Source: Callorhinchus milii (Eukaryota). From it: 64,000 nucleotides of DNA. Under the pieces are notes generated by a model that saw only the letters and a list, made by a program, of their open reading frames with translations, was not told the DNA's origin and did no database searches. Positions 12,984 through 24,942 of the stretch are shown in pieces (the first letter of the stretch is position 1; each line of letters starts with the position of its first letter). The position numbers and the translations under genes are program-made. The stretch lies in contig NW_024704743.1 of NCBI RefSeq assembly GCF_018977255.1, positions 69,318,001-69,382,000 on the forward strand, read 5' to 3'.

Positions 12984-13363
12984 CTGCACAATGAATGAGC
13001 TCTTTGTGAATCCATAAAAGGAATATGCAAGTATCCTGTCAAGCTGCCAGCAGTAGTTTTAAAGCTGAACTGCTACAATACTGAGAGGTATTGTACAATT
13101 CTTTGCAGATTAGCAGTAACCCAACAAATTTCTAATGCTAGATAGTATTACAATGCAAAATTCTAATGTTGACTAGAATTGGTTTACTTTGTGTTAAAAG
13201 ATATAAAATGAGATCCATTAAGTTATCACAACATATTTAAAAGCGTTAGTTATGAACCAATATGCTTGATCGGTAATCTAACATTACTGTCTCTTAAGTG
13301 TGTAACTTTCAATAGCAGGCACATAACAAGGACATCGGCACTTTCCACTTATTCTGGAGAGCA

Positions 13364-13627
13364 ATAATAATAATCCCTGCATTTGATGCAGCGCCTTATC
13401 GCGTCTTCAAGAAGTCTTAAAGCACTTCATAGAATATATGGTAAAGTGTAGTGTCTGTGTTTTGTGGATGAAAACGGGAGGGAAATAGAGTCAAGAGAGA
13501 CAGGGAGGGAGAGCAAGAGAGACAAAGAGTGTGCGAGTGTGAGAGAGGGAGAGATTTGATATAGCGCCTTATTGTGTTTTTGAGACGTCTCAAAGCGCTT
13601 CACAGAATATACTGTAAAGTGTAGTGA
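13364..13627 (-). mobile_element. Two SINE family Y tails separated by a GA-rich microsatellite
   Basis: Tails at about 13364-13475 and 13554-13627; (GA)-rich tract at 13476-13553. Confidence 0.8.
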
Positions 13628-14397
13628 TATTCATATAGCACTGTGATCACAGTGCACAATGGCTGCAATATTCAGAAGAGGAAAGAATTTCCAAGTTCCC
13701 CCTCCAACATTTAAATGCTTAACCTACCTACAGCAGAAAAAGGATTTCAGTTATCAGATGTCTTTTCCTACTGTGAATGAACTGAACTTTACATAACTAA
13801 AATGGGATTCAGATCAAAATCCATCAGAATTCCTATACATTCTCACATCTATGGCCAAATCAGTTTGGGGAGAGGGGAGAGATAGAGGAAAGCAACATTA
13901 ACTGGACACTGATTCATCTGCAGAATTCCGATGTCTTTAATTGCTACTGTTGCAGATAAGCATAAATAAATCAGATTTCTTTTAAACCTCTCCTGCTGCA
14001 TACACACACCTAGTGTATATATGCTAAAAAAAAATCAGTTTATCCGGCTGAGTGGAAATTACACAAAAAGGAAAAAAACAGCAACAGAAGTAAATGCAAA
14101 ACACATATTTTAGTGCTTCCTGGTTCATGGAAGTTATCTTGGAGCACTTTTATTGTTGAAATAAACTGAACTGGGGATCCAAGTCTCATCTATAAATAAT
14201 GTACAAGTTGCAACAGCATGGTTACGTTTCATACAAATAACTAAATTAACTACTACAAAAGATCAAACTCCTGAGGATTGAATTTAGGTCAATGTCAGGG
14301 AATGGCAGGAGAAAATAAAGGCTGTTTATGACTGTTTATACATTAATTAACTCAGAGATCGCAATATCTACCATGATTCAACATTTATTACACATAC

Positions 14398-14480
14398 CTG
14401 AGGACAACAGCTTCCGACAGCAATCTGAGAAGCCACTTAATGCTGCTAAGTGAAGTGGAAACATCCCATGGATACCCCGT
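14398..14480 (-). CDS. ANKRD28: ANKRD28 exon (83 nt, [29 protein letters not shown])
   Basis: TTCTAG acceptor, CAG|GTATGT donor; phase 2-1. Confidence 0.96.
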
Positions 14481-15327
14481 CTAGAATGGAAAAATAAAAT
14501 TAGACAGAAGCAATATTTAGGATCAAATATATATACACATATAATGTACTTACACCCAAATTATCCAACAGTTCACAACTATAAGTGGCTCTTGTCATAA
14601 CACAAGTCAGCAACTCCAGGTAACAGAAGGTGCCAATGTTCACCATATAATTCTAGTGTTGTGAAGCTAGGTATGAAAAATGAAAGGTCTGTAGCTATAT
14701 TATATATATATTATAAACACTTCATAATGCAGGTTATTACCCAGGCCGATCTGACTGCAATCAGTGTAGAAGAAGTACAAGAGCAGATTGTTAACAATAG
14801 TGTCTAGCGTGACCAACAATATAAGCAAGTATGAAGTTGCAAGGACTGTCATATTAAATCCTGGCAATATTTCAGGTCTAATGAGTCAGTGAAACGTATG
14901 CAACAATTCTGAAAAGTTTCACTGAAACTGTTGCTGTACCTTAACTCATCTAAATAAAATGTACAATATCCATTACATTTGGCCCTGTTTGCATCTTGCA
15001 TCATTGATGTTCATACAGAGTTGTGCAAAACACTGCAACGAATATTCAGTGCAGCACAACCAACCAAACTCAAAAGATGGAGCTACTACCTACAATCATT
15101 GAATTAAGGCCATCAACTGGTACAAACCTAACAGATGCTTTTAATGTTTAGAAAAGTCACACCCATTTTGATATGCTTCGAGTGTCTAGAAGAGATGCCA
15201 TATTCGACTGGGTGAGGGCATCTTGAGTGGATTCTCATAAGAATCAGTGGTTGGGATTGTGTTATTTCTTACCTACATATGCAATTAAAACTAATACAAA
15301 CTCACTGAGCTACAGGGACTCTTTTAT

Positions 15328-15641
15328 GGAGTCCTGTAGTCAGTGGTTAAAGTACTCGCCTTGCAAGCGAGAGACATGGGTTCAATTCCAGGCAGAGCGA
15401 AGCCTTGGGCAAGTTTCCTCACTCCACACGCCTAATAATAATCCCTCCAGAAAACCAAAACAATAATAAATTGGTCATTTTCAATCCACGACTGTTTGTA
15501 GGACACTGCTGTGCGCAATTGGCTGCCGCGTTTCGCCAACAAACATACAGTCAATTCACTTTACAGCATATTCTGTGAAGCGCTTTGAGACGTCTAGAAG
15601 ACGTGAAATGCGCTATATCAAATGCAAGGATTATTATTATT
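15328..15641 (+). mobile_element. Full-length young tRNA-derived SINE (tRNA-Ala-like head, partial Deu core, L2-like tail, (TTA)n); family Y
   Basis: A box/B box (ggttcaattcc); ctcgc-cttgcaa-gcgag anticodon arm; core ggacactgctgtgcgcaattggctgccgcgtttc; tail gtgaagcgctttgagacgtc...gcgctatatcaaatgcaaggattattatt; many copies in window. Confidence 0.9.
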
Positions 15642-16216
15642 AAATCAGCTATGTTATTGAAAGGCACTTTTTTGGCAAGACAGATGTCTGGCATGTGCGA
15701 AACTTTTGCTGTGCGGAGCAGTTTCCACTTCAGGAAGTGAGAAACCCACCAAAAGTACTTTTTAATGCATGCTACATCCCCAGGAACAGAGGAAACCAAT
15801 AATTGGTGATCTATGCCTGGAAAACATAGAAGCAGACTGACAAAAGTGAACATCAGAACCCTGAAAATGCATCCTGGGGATATTGGTGGAACTTAACCAG
15901 CTAAAGACCAGGGCAATTTACCAGCATGAAGCACAAGTACTTTTCACTTCTTGCCAATTAGGCCCCCACCTACCCATTAGGACAGTGGCCTAATGGTGTA
16001 ATGGATAATGCTGAAGCTTACCGATCAGCTGCAGCTGAATCCTTGGTTTGAATCCCACAAAATATACAGTCAATTCACTTTATTGTTGTCCTGATCTGCG
16101 CTGAGTTTGCTGTTCTCAGCCATGACTGAAAGGAGGCTAAATTGGCCCTGGGCTATGGAGAATAAATCTTGTCCCTCTCTTCAATGGATCAAATTCTCTT
16201 TTCTCATCATTGATTT

Positions 16217-16589
16217 ATAATAATCCTTGCATTTGATATAGCACCTTATCACGTCTTCGAGACATCTCAAAGCATTTCATAGAATATACTGTGAAGTAAA
16301 TTGACTGTATATTTTGTGGGCGAAACGCAGCAGCCAATTGCACACAGCAGTGTCCCACAAACAGTCATGGATTGATTGACCAAACCACTGTTGTTATGTT
16401 CTTTTGAAGGAATTATTACCCTCGGAAAAGTGATCCGCCAATCGACTAATAATCGGGTTTCTACTTACTGCTAAGTAAACGGAGGCGTGTGGAGTAAGGA
16501 AAATTCCCCAACATTTTGCCCTACCGGGAATCAAACTTAGGTCTCTCATTTGCGAGGCGAGTGCTTCAACCACTGATCTACAGGACTCC
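16217..16589 (-). mobile_element. Full-length SINE family Y, long variant
   Basis: Reverse complement of the 15328 element with an extra internal segment. Confidence 0.9.
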
Positions 16590-16706
16590 ACGATTTTCTT
16601 TGATGTTTGCATATTGTGCAGGACCAGAAGTAAGTGGATGCCCATTACCCTTGGTCTAAAACAAGCTAGTATGTAACTAGCTCCAAGTCAAAAATATATT
16701 ACTCAC

Positions 16707-16821
16707 TTTGCAGTGTCAGCTCCGCTGGTGATTAGTGTATTTATAAGCAGCTCATGTCCATACCGAGCAGCTATGTGCAAGGGAGTATTGCCATTCTTAT
16801 CTTCACAATCGATCTCTGCAC
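16707..16821 (-). CDS. ANKRD28: ANKRD28 exon (115 nt, [39 protein letters not shown])
   Basis: TCATAG acceptor, GTGAGT donor; phase 1-2. Confidence 0.96.
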
Positions 16822-19722
16822 CTATGAAAGAAATAACACTAATCAGCAAGAAAACAGTAAAAATATCCAATTTGTTATTTCTTGTTCATTTCACACTTTT
16901 GTCAGCCAGACAATATGCCCTTTTAAATGCAATTTTTCATAACTGTCCCTTTTAGCAACAGATACTGCAATCAATATCAGATTTGTATCTCTGATCACAC
17001 AATCACCTGCATGATATCAAAACATTCACACACGAGTCCTATTCACTTATTTTCCCGAATTGAAGTCACTTTCAAAAGTTCAACTCAAATCTAGGTTGTC
17101 TACCAATAAGAAGTTGTCCCACTTTTCAGTTTAGATAATTGGCCAGACCACCTGCTACTGAAAGAGGATGGTTTGAAACCATTAATAGATACAGTACACT
17201 GGAGACAACAATAGTGATTAACCTAAGGTCAAGTCATTCTCCCAAGCTTACAACTGTAAAAGATATTTATAGGAGAAAATTGAATGTTTATACTTTTAAG
17301 AGAAGAAATGTAGAACTGCTCATCCACCCTCATGATAATTTGGAATAATGATGGATTTTAGAGGAGACATGACAAGAAAGGCCCCAACTATTCTGTGGCC
17401 ATTATAACCTACAACAAGATAAAGGAAAATTTCTAGAGAGGTATTGGACCGAGACTGCAAATCAGCAATGTGCAATTTAAGGGCCATAGAGTTAATACCA
17501 ATACGGTACAAGTATATTTTTACAATATGGTACAATAACAAGGAGACAATGAATTCAGTAAGGCATGAAGTGGGTGTTGGGAATTCAGTAGGACTTGTGA
17601 CATTTTCATGGTATCACAAAAAAGGGACTGATCTGTTTGAATTGTGATACAAAACTATGCATGTTTGAAATAGAACCTTGAATAAATTACTCAATACATT
17701 TTTTAAATTATTGCAGGTCAAAGGCAGGTTATGATCCTTTCTCATTGGTCTGTAAAGGATTGAGGAAGATTTGTTCGGTATACTTCTCTGCAAACCAATC
17801 ATGGTGATTCCAGGTTGTACGTAGAAGACAGATGCCTGTAACTAGCATGTTCACAAATTCGGACTTCAGATTTCAGCAGCAGGGCATGAAGAGATTTCAG
17901 CATGTCACCCCTGTCAGAGTTTTCTCATCAGCTGGCTGACAGGGATCTGTCTTCAATGTGGTGGGAGAACCTTTAAGGACAGCTTGCAAAATGCTAGCCA
18001 CCTTGATGTTCGCAAGGTCCAAGTCCAATACTGCAGACCAGGATTGCTCAGGACCAGCTGCTTAATCCAAATGGGCTTTGGCAAATAGTCATACCCACTG
18101 TGAAGCCCCCCTCCGCCTCCTTGATGCTTAGCGACATGTCAGTGTAGGCTGGAGCCCTCCCTCTCTTGACCCGCCTCCTATGTTTGCCACAAACCCACCT
18201 CACTGCTTGACCCTGGATCACAAATGGATCTGAGCTTCATCCTCAGCTCAGATCCATGAAGGAGAGGTGTTTGCACACAGGTCTTATTTAGCACAACTTG
18301 ACCTGCATTAGGCCTTTGTTGTCCTCGAAGAGAATCAAGCATGACAAGAGTGTCCTACACCCCTTCCTTGCACAGTTTCTTCAAATCCAAAAGTTGGCGC
18401 CCACAACCTCCTGATAAGAATCAACAATTGGGACTAATGTATCTTATATCTTCTAATCAATACCTTCACAGTCCTCTCTTGAGCTGTGCAGAACCATGAT
18501 TTTGCACTTGGGGGCACCCAAGTGCAAAATCATGGTCCTGCATGATTTTGCAGAACTGCGTGTCCCAGTGTTCAAGATGGTGAGTGCAGTGCAAAAGAGA
18601 CCGCTATCAGCACAATATCATCCGCAAACTAAATTTATAAAGCTAAATCTATGACATTGGTTTATCCCCTTGGAAACAGCAAGAGTATCTCCCTGCAAGC
18701 CTTTTGCAGAGCTTCAACAGATCTCGTAATCTTTTGAATCTCCTTAAGTGAGTAGAGAAGAGTGTGTTGAACAAATGTGAAACCAAAACTCCTTTCATGT
18801 GGTAAGAATTGCCCAACACTGTAGAAGGTCTCTTGTGTACCCAATGTATTAATGAGATACAAGCCCACTGCAGCACATATTGCTTAAAGGTTAATAGCTT
18901 GAGGGTCTTTTCTGCAGATGTGTCTGTTTTTAGCTGCCACTTCAACAAGATCCTATAAAGTTTAGTCACATATCTTCTCACAAAGTACTTGCACTTCACA
19001 ATGTGGACATAGTACTCTATAATGTGCAGATTTAATCAAGTCACTTTTTTTCTTGAAGTTGAGCAAGAGATTCTTTTTTTAATACATTTTTAATGTTCAA
19101 CAGATTGCACAAATGCTTGAGAGGAGCTTATTCTGGGTTTCCTTTTAATTATGTGTGGGCTATTCCAAATTGGTAAATATTTTGGAATTGACAAAAATGA
19201 TTAGTATATAAAAGACCTGTTTAACATTTACAGCAAAAAAAAACTATAAAATAGACAAGTTCAGCATTTATTGGCAAGATATTGCTAAGTTAAATCAGAT
19301 TTTTGGTGTCTGAAGAGCACCCGGTTTTCGTTCAGGATGGTAAGCAATTACTAATTATTTTGCAATAGAAAAAGAATAAGGGATACATTTTCAAATCAAT
19401 AACCACAGTGCCAATCTCTACAGAGCTTAACAGTGATTATTTTTAAGCAAAAGCTTCGAAAAATGTGAAATGGGCATTCACATATAAATCAACCCCTCAA
19501 CCTTCCACATAAATCAATAGGGAGCTAATGTTGCATTATTTGAATTCATCCCTTAAGCAGCTTTGTGAAAGAGAATTTTAGGGTTTCTATATTAAAAAAT
19601 GTTCATAAAAAGAGCAATTTAAATATACAAAATATTACAAAGGAAATGGATAGAATTACATATAACACTCTTGGAACTTAACTGTCAAACCAGACCTAAT
19701 AAAGTGGGTCAGTTTCAGTTAC

Positions 19723-19801
19723 CATTTTGGATGATGGTCTGTGACCTTGAGAATCGGCCGTGAATTGCTGTCATGTGCAATGGAGTCTTCCCGTCTTTAC
19801 T
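19723..19801 (-). CDS. ANKRD28: ANKRD28 exon (79 nt, SKDGKTPLHMTAIHGRFSRSQTIIQN-G)
   Basis: CTTTAG acceptor, GTAACT donor; phase 0-1. Confidence 0.96.
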
Positions 19802-22017
19802 CTAAAGTAGAATTAAATTAAACACAAGTTATTATGACAATACTAAATTGTTAATGTATACAACTTATACTGCCTTGTACAATTTACTTTTATATTACAA
19901 GCAAATATTTACCAATCATAGCTGAAAGATCAAAATTAGAACTAACAAGCTGTGTGTATTTTACACAATTTTAACAGGTTTCTTCATCTTTAACTGCTGT
20001 CACTCAAGGATTTTTGCCCTTCAGTAAACCATGAACAATATAACTACTCAACCAAAAGGGATGACATCCGATGATCAACTCACAGTTCAATGTGCAATGA
20101 GTAATTTGCTCGCAAGAGAAACCCCTTAAATAGGTCAGTCATTCCACATCAGTATCTTCTACTTTCTATTCCCCACCATCGGGGACTTACATTTCCAGGT
20201 CATGCCGTATTATTCTATACACATGTATAATTCATTTCACCTCAAATGTCATTTCTACTGCGGACACAGTGTATGAATACAATAAAAAGGCATTAAAGTA
20301 ATAATAAAAATAATCCTTGCATTTGATATAGTGCCTTATCGTGCCATTGAGATATCTCACATTTAATATTAATATTAAACAAACAATATTAAAGTTTCAA
20401 TATCATAGAACAGACAGCAAATACAGTTACGACAAGCACAAATCTATATTATCCAGACACTTCTACAAAGGCAATATCATGTCCACATTTGGTTATTTGG
20501 ATTTTAATTGTTAAAAACTAATTTAGTTTATGTATGCATTTCAGTTCCTCAATGACATATGCGGGTAAATGTAACCTTCTATCCAGCACTGACCAATACA
20601 GATTAAAAGATGTGTGTTTGATTCAGAGTGTGCTGAGGTAGCCAACCTCGGGTTGAGTAATCAGTACAATAAGCCTCAGCACCTCTGGCAAAGGTTAACC
20701 AGTATTCTGTTTCCATTGACCCCTGCTGTAACGTGGATCTATGTTAAATGAAGGATTGGCAATGGATTCAAGCTCCCGAGCAGTGGTCGAGTTCACCTCA
20801 TAGTAAAGTATGCTGACACATGGTATCGGACAGTGACTGGCAGCCAATATTAAAAAAGGAGGCAAATTTAGCAGATGGGGGATAAGAGCAAGAAGTGTAC
20901 ACATGCTCCACAATTCACTGAATAAAAAATACTGCATTTGATAGTTATGTGAATTAACAGGACAATATTTATATCTACAGTATATAGTATATAGTGTCTT
21001 TCACATGTGGATTTCTTAAAGCGCTTTACACTGCTCGCTGGAATCCCAAACCGAGGACAACAAATTAAACATATAATCTCAATTCTTTGAGCGCAATATC
21101 ATAAAAAGCCTGTACTGACCATTTTCTTATTTTTTTCTACCATGATCTCAGATCATTTAAATTTTAAATTCAGTAAACACTCAAATTATTTTTGAACCAA
21201 GTATGTCTTACACTAAAAACTGCTAAAAAGGTTTTGCTTCAAATGTGCAGTATTTACTTTGTAATTTTATATCTCCCAGTCCCATCTCCTTTGAGTGATT
21301 TGCGCAATCACAAATTTCTTGTTGCTTATTTACTAGCAACTCAATCCTCTAAAACAATCTTATACTTGCCCTGGGATTGCTAGATTTGACACTGAGTTGA
21401 AGTCTACTAATTTAATATCTCAATTGCTTGCTTTATGAATTACTGTACAAGAATAAAGAAACTCCTTAATCTTGACTTCCAAATGTAATATTTCAAACTG
21501 TTTTAAATTTAAGTTAAAGTGGCATATTTAAATTTAAAGTGACATACTTAAAAAGAAGTGATCAAAAACAGATCACAATTTAGGGAACACAGCTTGCATG
21601 GTTGAAAACATGTTGACACTTTTTTTTTAAAAAACAGAAACATAAAACCAGTAAATAAAATTTAGGAGAATGAAGAGCACTGACTACTGCATGGTTATAC
21701 TTTTTTCAAATTAATGTATATATTAAAACGGACATTTGCTAATCTTAAAATGCACTTGCATTTTTATCTGATCTAATCCGTTAATTTCGATTAACACATA
21801 GATTATCCTTAATGTACACAGGAACAGAATTTGTACATGAAGAATACTTAATATTTTAGTGTAGCTTAAACAGTATTATATGCAATATATTCAGTAAACT
21901 ACTAAATATGTGCTTGTATGCAATCAGCTCAACAAGAGTGCTATCAATTAAGCCAATTATCTGACTCCGCATGTTGTACTATTTTATTGCTTATGCCCCA
22001 TATCTTAAATATACAAG

Positions 22018-22367
22018 TCTTGAGTCACAAGGTTCTGGGTTCAAAACCCACATCAGGACTTTGACATCACAATCTTGGCTTACACTCTGATACAGTAATG
22101 GGGATGCAATGCATTTTGGAGTGCTACATTGTTGGAGCTGCCATGCTTTAGATGAGACGTTAAATCAAGGTCCCATCTCTCTATTGAGGTGGAGTTAAAA
22201 GATTCATGGCAATATTTGAAAAGAGGGAGAAATTTCTCCCAATCTCCTGGCCAACAATCCCCCCAAGAAAAGCAATATGCAAAATGGCTGCTGTGTTCAG
22301 CTACAAAAACACAGTAAATCTAAGTGCTGAGAGACATCTGATGAGAAAGGTGCTATATCAAATGCAA
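22018..22367 (+). mobile_element. SINE family O, 5' end replaced by a 46-bp copied segment
   Basis: gagtcacaaggttctgggttcaa...gatgagacgttaaatc...tctcctggccaaca...gctatatcaaatgcaa. Confidence 0.72.
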
Positions 22368-22604
22368 CCACTTGCTGGACATTAGCAGGCATCTAATTGG
22401 TTGCTATACATCCATATTTATCTGTATTCAAATACAACAACCTTTATAATCTACACACATCACTGAAACATGCAAGTAATCTTAACCAAGAAAAAACATA
22501 AAATGAAATAATTATTTCAAGCATTGACTGAAGGCTGCAATTTATTCCAACTGTTAACAATTTGTACCAACATTTACAGAACTTAGTTACATCGATTCAC
22601 CTAC

Positions 22605-22817
22605 CTTAATGTTCACTTCTGCCCCATTACTGACCAAGAGTTCTAAACACAGTGCACCGTGTGTTGAAGCAGCAGCAAAATGGAGTGGAGTGAAGCCCTT
22701 CTCATTCACTTGGTTGACATTTGCACCACTATCAATGAGTTCATTCACAACTACATCCTGGCCATTGTAGCAAGCCACATGAAGAGGTGTGTTCCCATAT
22801 GCATTTGGTTCATTAAT
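22605..22817 (-). CDS. ANKRD28: ANKRD28 exon (213 nt, [21 protein letters not shown]...[14 protein letters not shown])
   Basis: Overlaps ORF 22587..22847; GCACAG acceptor, AAG|GTAGGT donor; phase 0-0. Confidence 0.97.
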
Positions 22818-23463
22818 CTGTGCAAGTACATAGCAATAAAAGTACATAAGAATATTTGCTCAATTGGATTGTACAACAAACAACTTGTAGAAGTCCACCA
22901 AAAAATGTTTTGATTTGGGACAAGCCCCTATACAATTTAGAATAGGCTGTTGATTCGCCCTTTTGTTCTGATCCTTCCAAACTACTGGCTTAGCCATTTA
23001 CTCAAAAAGTAATTTTATAAAATGAGGAATAATTCATAACATCTGATTGAGAGCTAGCAACTAAATGCGGCCCAAGTGCTCTACTTTCAATGATTTTACA
23101 TTCATCTCTCTAAGCCATAAACATCTGGTATTTATTGAAAATCAGATTAAACCGTTGTAAGGGATCGTGCAGCTGTAACTCATTTTAAACAAAGAACATA
23201 TCAAACAAAAGCAAACACAAACAAAATAAAAACAAGTTTCAGAAAGCTTCATTTGATGCCTGCAGCAAAAACAATGCTCATCTGAACTAAATAGTCATTG
23301 CTCACAAGGCTCCAGAATAACTTTGGTAGAAATGCTGCAAATGTATTTTATTGCTACAATACAGCACAAAATAAAGTTGTACTATTTTAGTTTTGCACAC
23401 CATGTTGAAATGCGTGTTGTACTATTTTATTGCTTATGCCCCATATCTTAAATATACAAGATT

Positions 23464-23501
23464 TGTGTGTGTGTGTGCGAGTGGGGGGGGGGGGGTTGGG
23501 G
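23464..23501. repeat. (TG)n plus poly-G
   Basis: tgtgtgtgtgtgtg...ggggggggggg. Confidence 0.85.
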
Positions 23502-24292
23502 TTTCTTGTATGTTGTCAGAGGTAAACTTTGGATAAGCAGAGTTGGAAATTAGAAGCTCCTGTCAAATTAATCTTTTTTTAAGAAAAAACTATCCGCTGA
23601 GAGAATCTTACAAGGTCTGACAAGAGAATGAACATAAAAGGTATTCAAATTCCCCTCCTAACAAAATAAAAAAATCTTATGGAAAAATCTAACTTTCACC
23701 TTTTGTAGGTTACCTATATGAAGTAGAACCCAATTATAAAATTTCAACCACTGTTATAATGTGGTACAACCAAAAAAGCAGCCGAGTTAGCCATTGAGCA
23801 TGCGAGCAGGAAACTGGCCAACTTCCAGTGCTATTAATTGTCTGGCTTCTGGGCCATTCGGTCACTGCCGAAGTCACTTCCTAAGCACCATTCATGAGGT
23901 GATAGTGGAAGTGATGTCAGCAATAACCTGACAACCCAGCTATCTTTTTAGCATACAAGAAGCTGATCATCTGCACACCAAAACCCAACAGCAGGTTCAC
24001 AGATCATCAGCCTCATAAGCTAACCAGTGTATAAGGGGGTGACTAACGATGGGTTTTACTGTACTTCTGCAAACAAGACACATATTCACTGTTAAGAGTT
24101 CACATTTAAAACAGAACTCAATGTCAGGTGAGAACATTTGGTTGAAATAATTGTGAAGTTTTTATTAAACTGGTGTCAATAGGCAATAGTGAAACAAATT
24201 TTCCTGTTTCTATGAAAGCTAAGCAAAAAGTATTAGTATTCTACCTAGATTTTTTTTTAAAGTGAAATACTTATGGTAATGTAAAAACTTAC

Positions 24293-24435
24293 ATCAACTC
24301 CAAGATCTAGGAGGTATTTGACTACGCTGATCATTCCACTGGAAGCTGCAGCATGAAGTGGCGTATAAGCTTTCTTGTCCTTGCACGTCACTTCAGCTCC
24401 ATGTGCTACTAACAGCTTAATCACTTCAATGTGAC
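24293..24435 (-). CDS. ANKRD28: ANKRD28 exon (143 nt, G-HIEVIKLLVAHGAEVTCKDKKAYTPLHAAASSGMISVVKYLLDLGVD)
   Basis: TTGTAG acceptor, GAT|GTAAGT donor; phase 1-0. Confidence 0.96.
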
Positions 24436-24854
24436 CTACAAAACATAGCAGGATACAAATTTCAGAACAGCAACAGGTATGGACAGATTATTTTTGTGAA
24501 CCATTACTGCTATCTGACAGGTTCAAATCATTTTAGGTTTTCCATTAGCCTCTCACATACTGTGCTGTTCAATCCATTTGATATAATGAAAAGATTCTTT
24601 GTTTGTCAGGCAGAATTAAAAATTTACTATTTTATGATGAAACAGTTACTTTATTATACATGCACTTCAAACTTCAAGTAGGCTTGAAGTATTTTAGCAC
24701 TTTATAATTTTTAATATATACAAAATAACAACTCTTGACATACTACTGTAGAACCCAAATTATGTGGGTCATTATAATAAACTAATTTTTAAATTATGAG
24801 AACAAAGCAATCATAACTACTTGTCACAAATAAACTATTAATGTCACCACATAC

Positions 24855-24942
24855 CCATGTATGCAGCCCAGTGAATAGCACGCCGGTCTTTCTTATCAAA
24901 GGCATTGATGTTGGCACCCCTGGACAGAAGCAAGCTAACCAT
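24855..24942 (-). CDS. ANKRD28: ANKRD28 exon (88 nt, MVSLLLSRGANINAFDKKDRRAIHWAAYM-G)
   Basis: TTCCTAG acceptor, GTATGT donor; phase 0-1; holds the first in-frame Met of the exon chain in this window. Confidence 0.96.

Noticed and set aside
15328..15400. tRNA-Ala(TGC)-like gene (also at 16520-16589, 33425-33495, 40127-40200, 57630-57697)
   Set aside because: Always fused to a SINE core and tail, with no proper acceptor stem and divergent copies; these are SINE heads.
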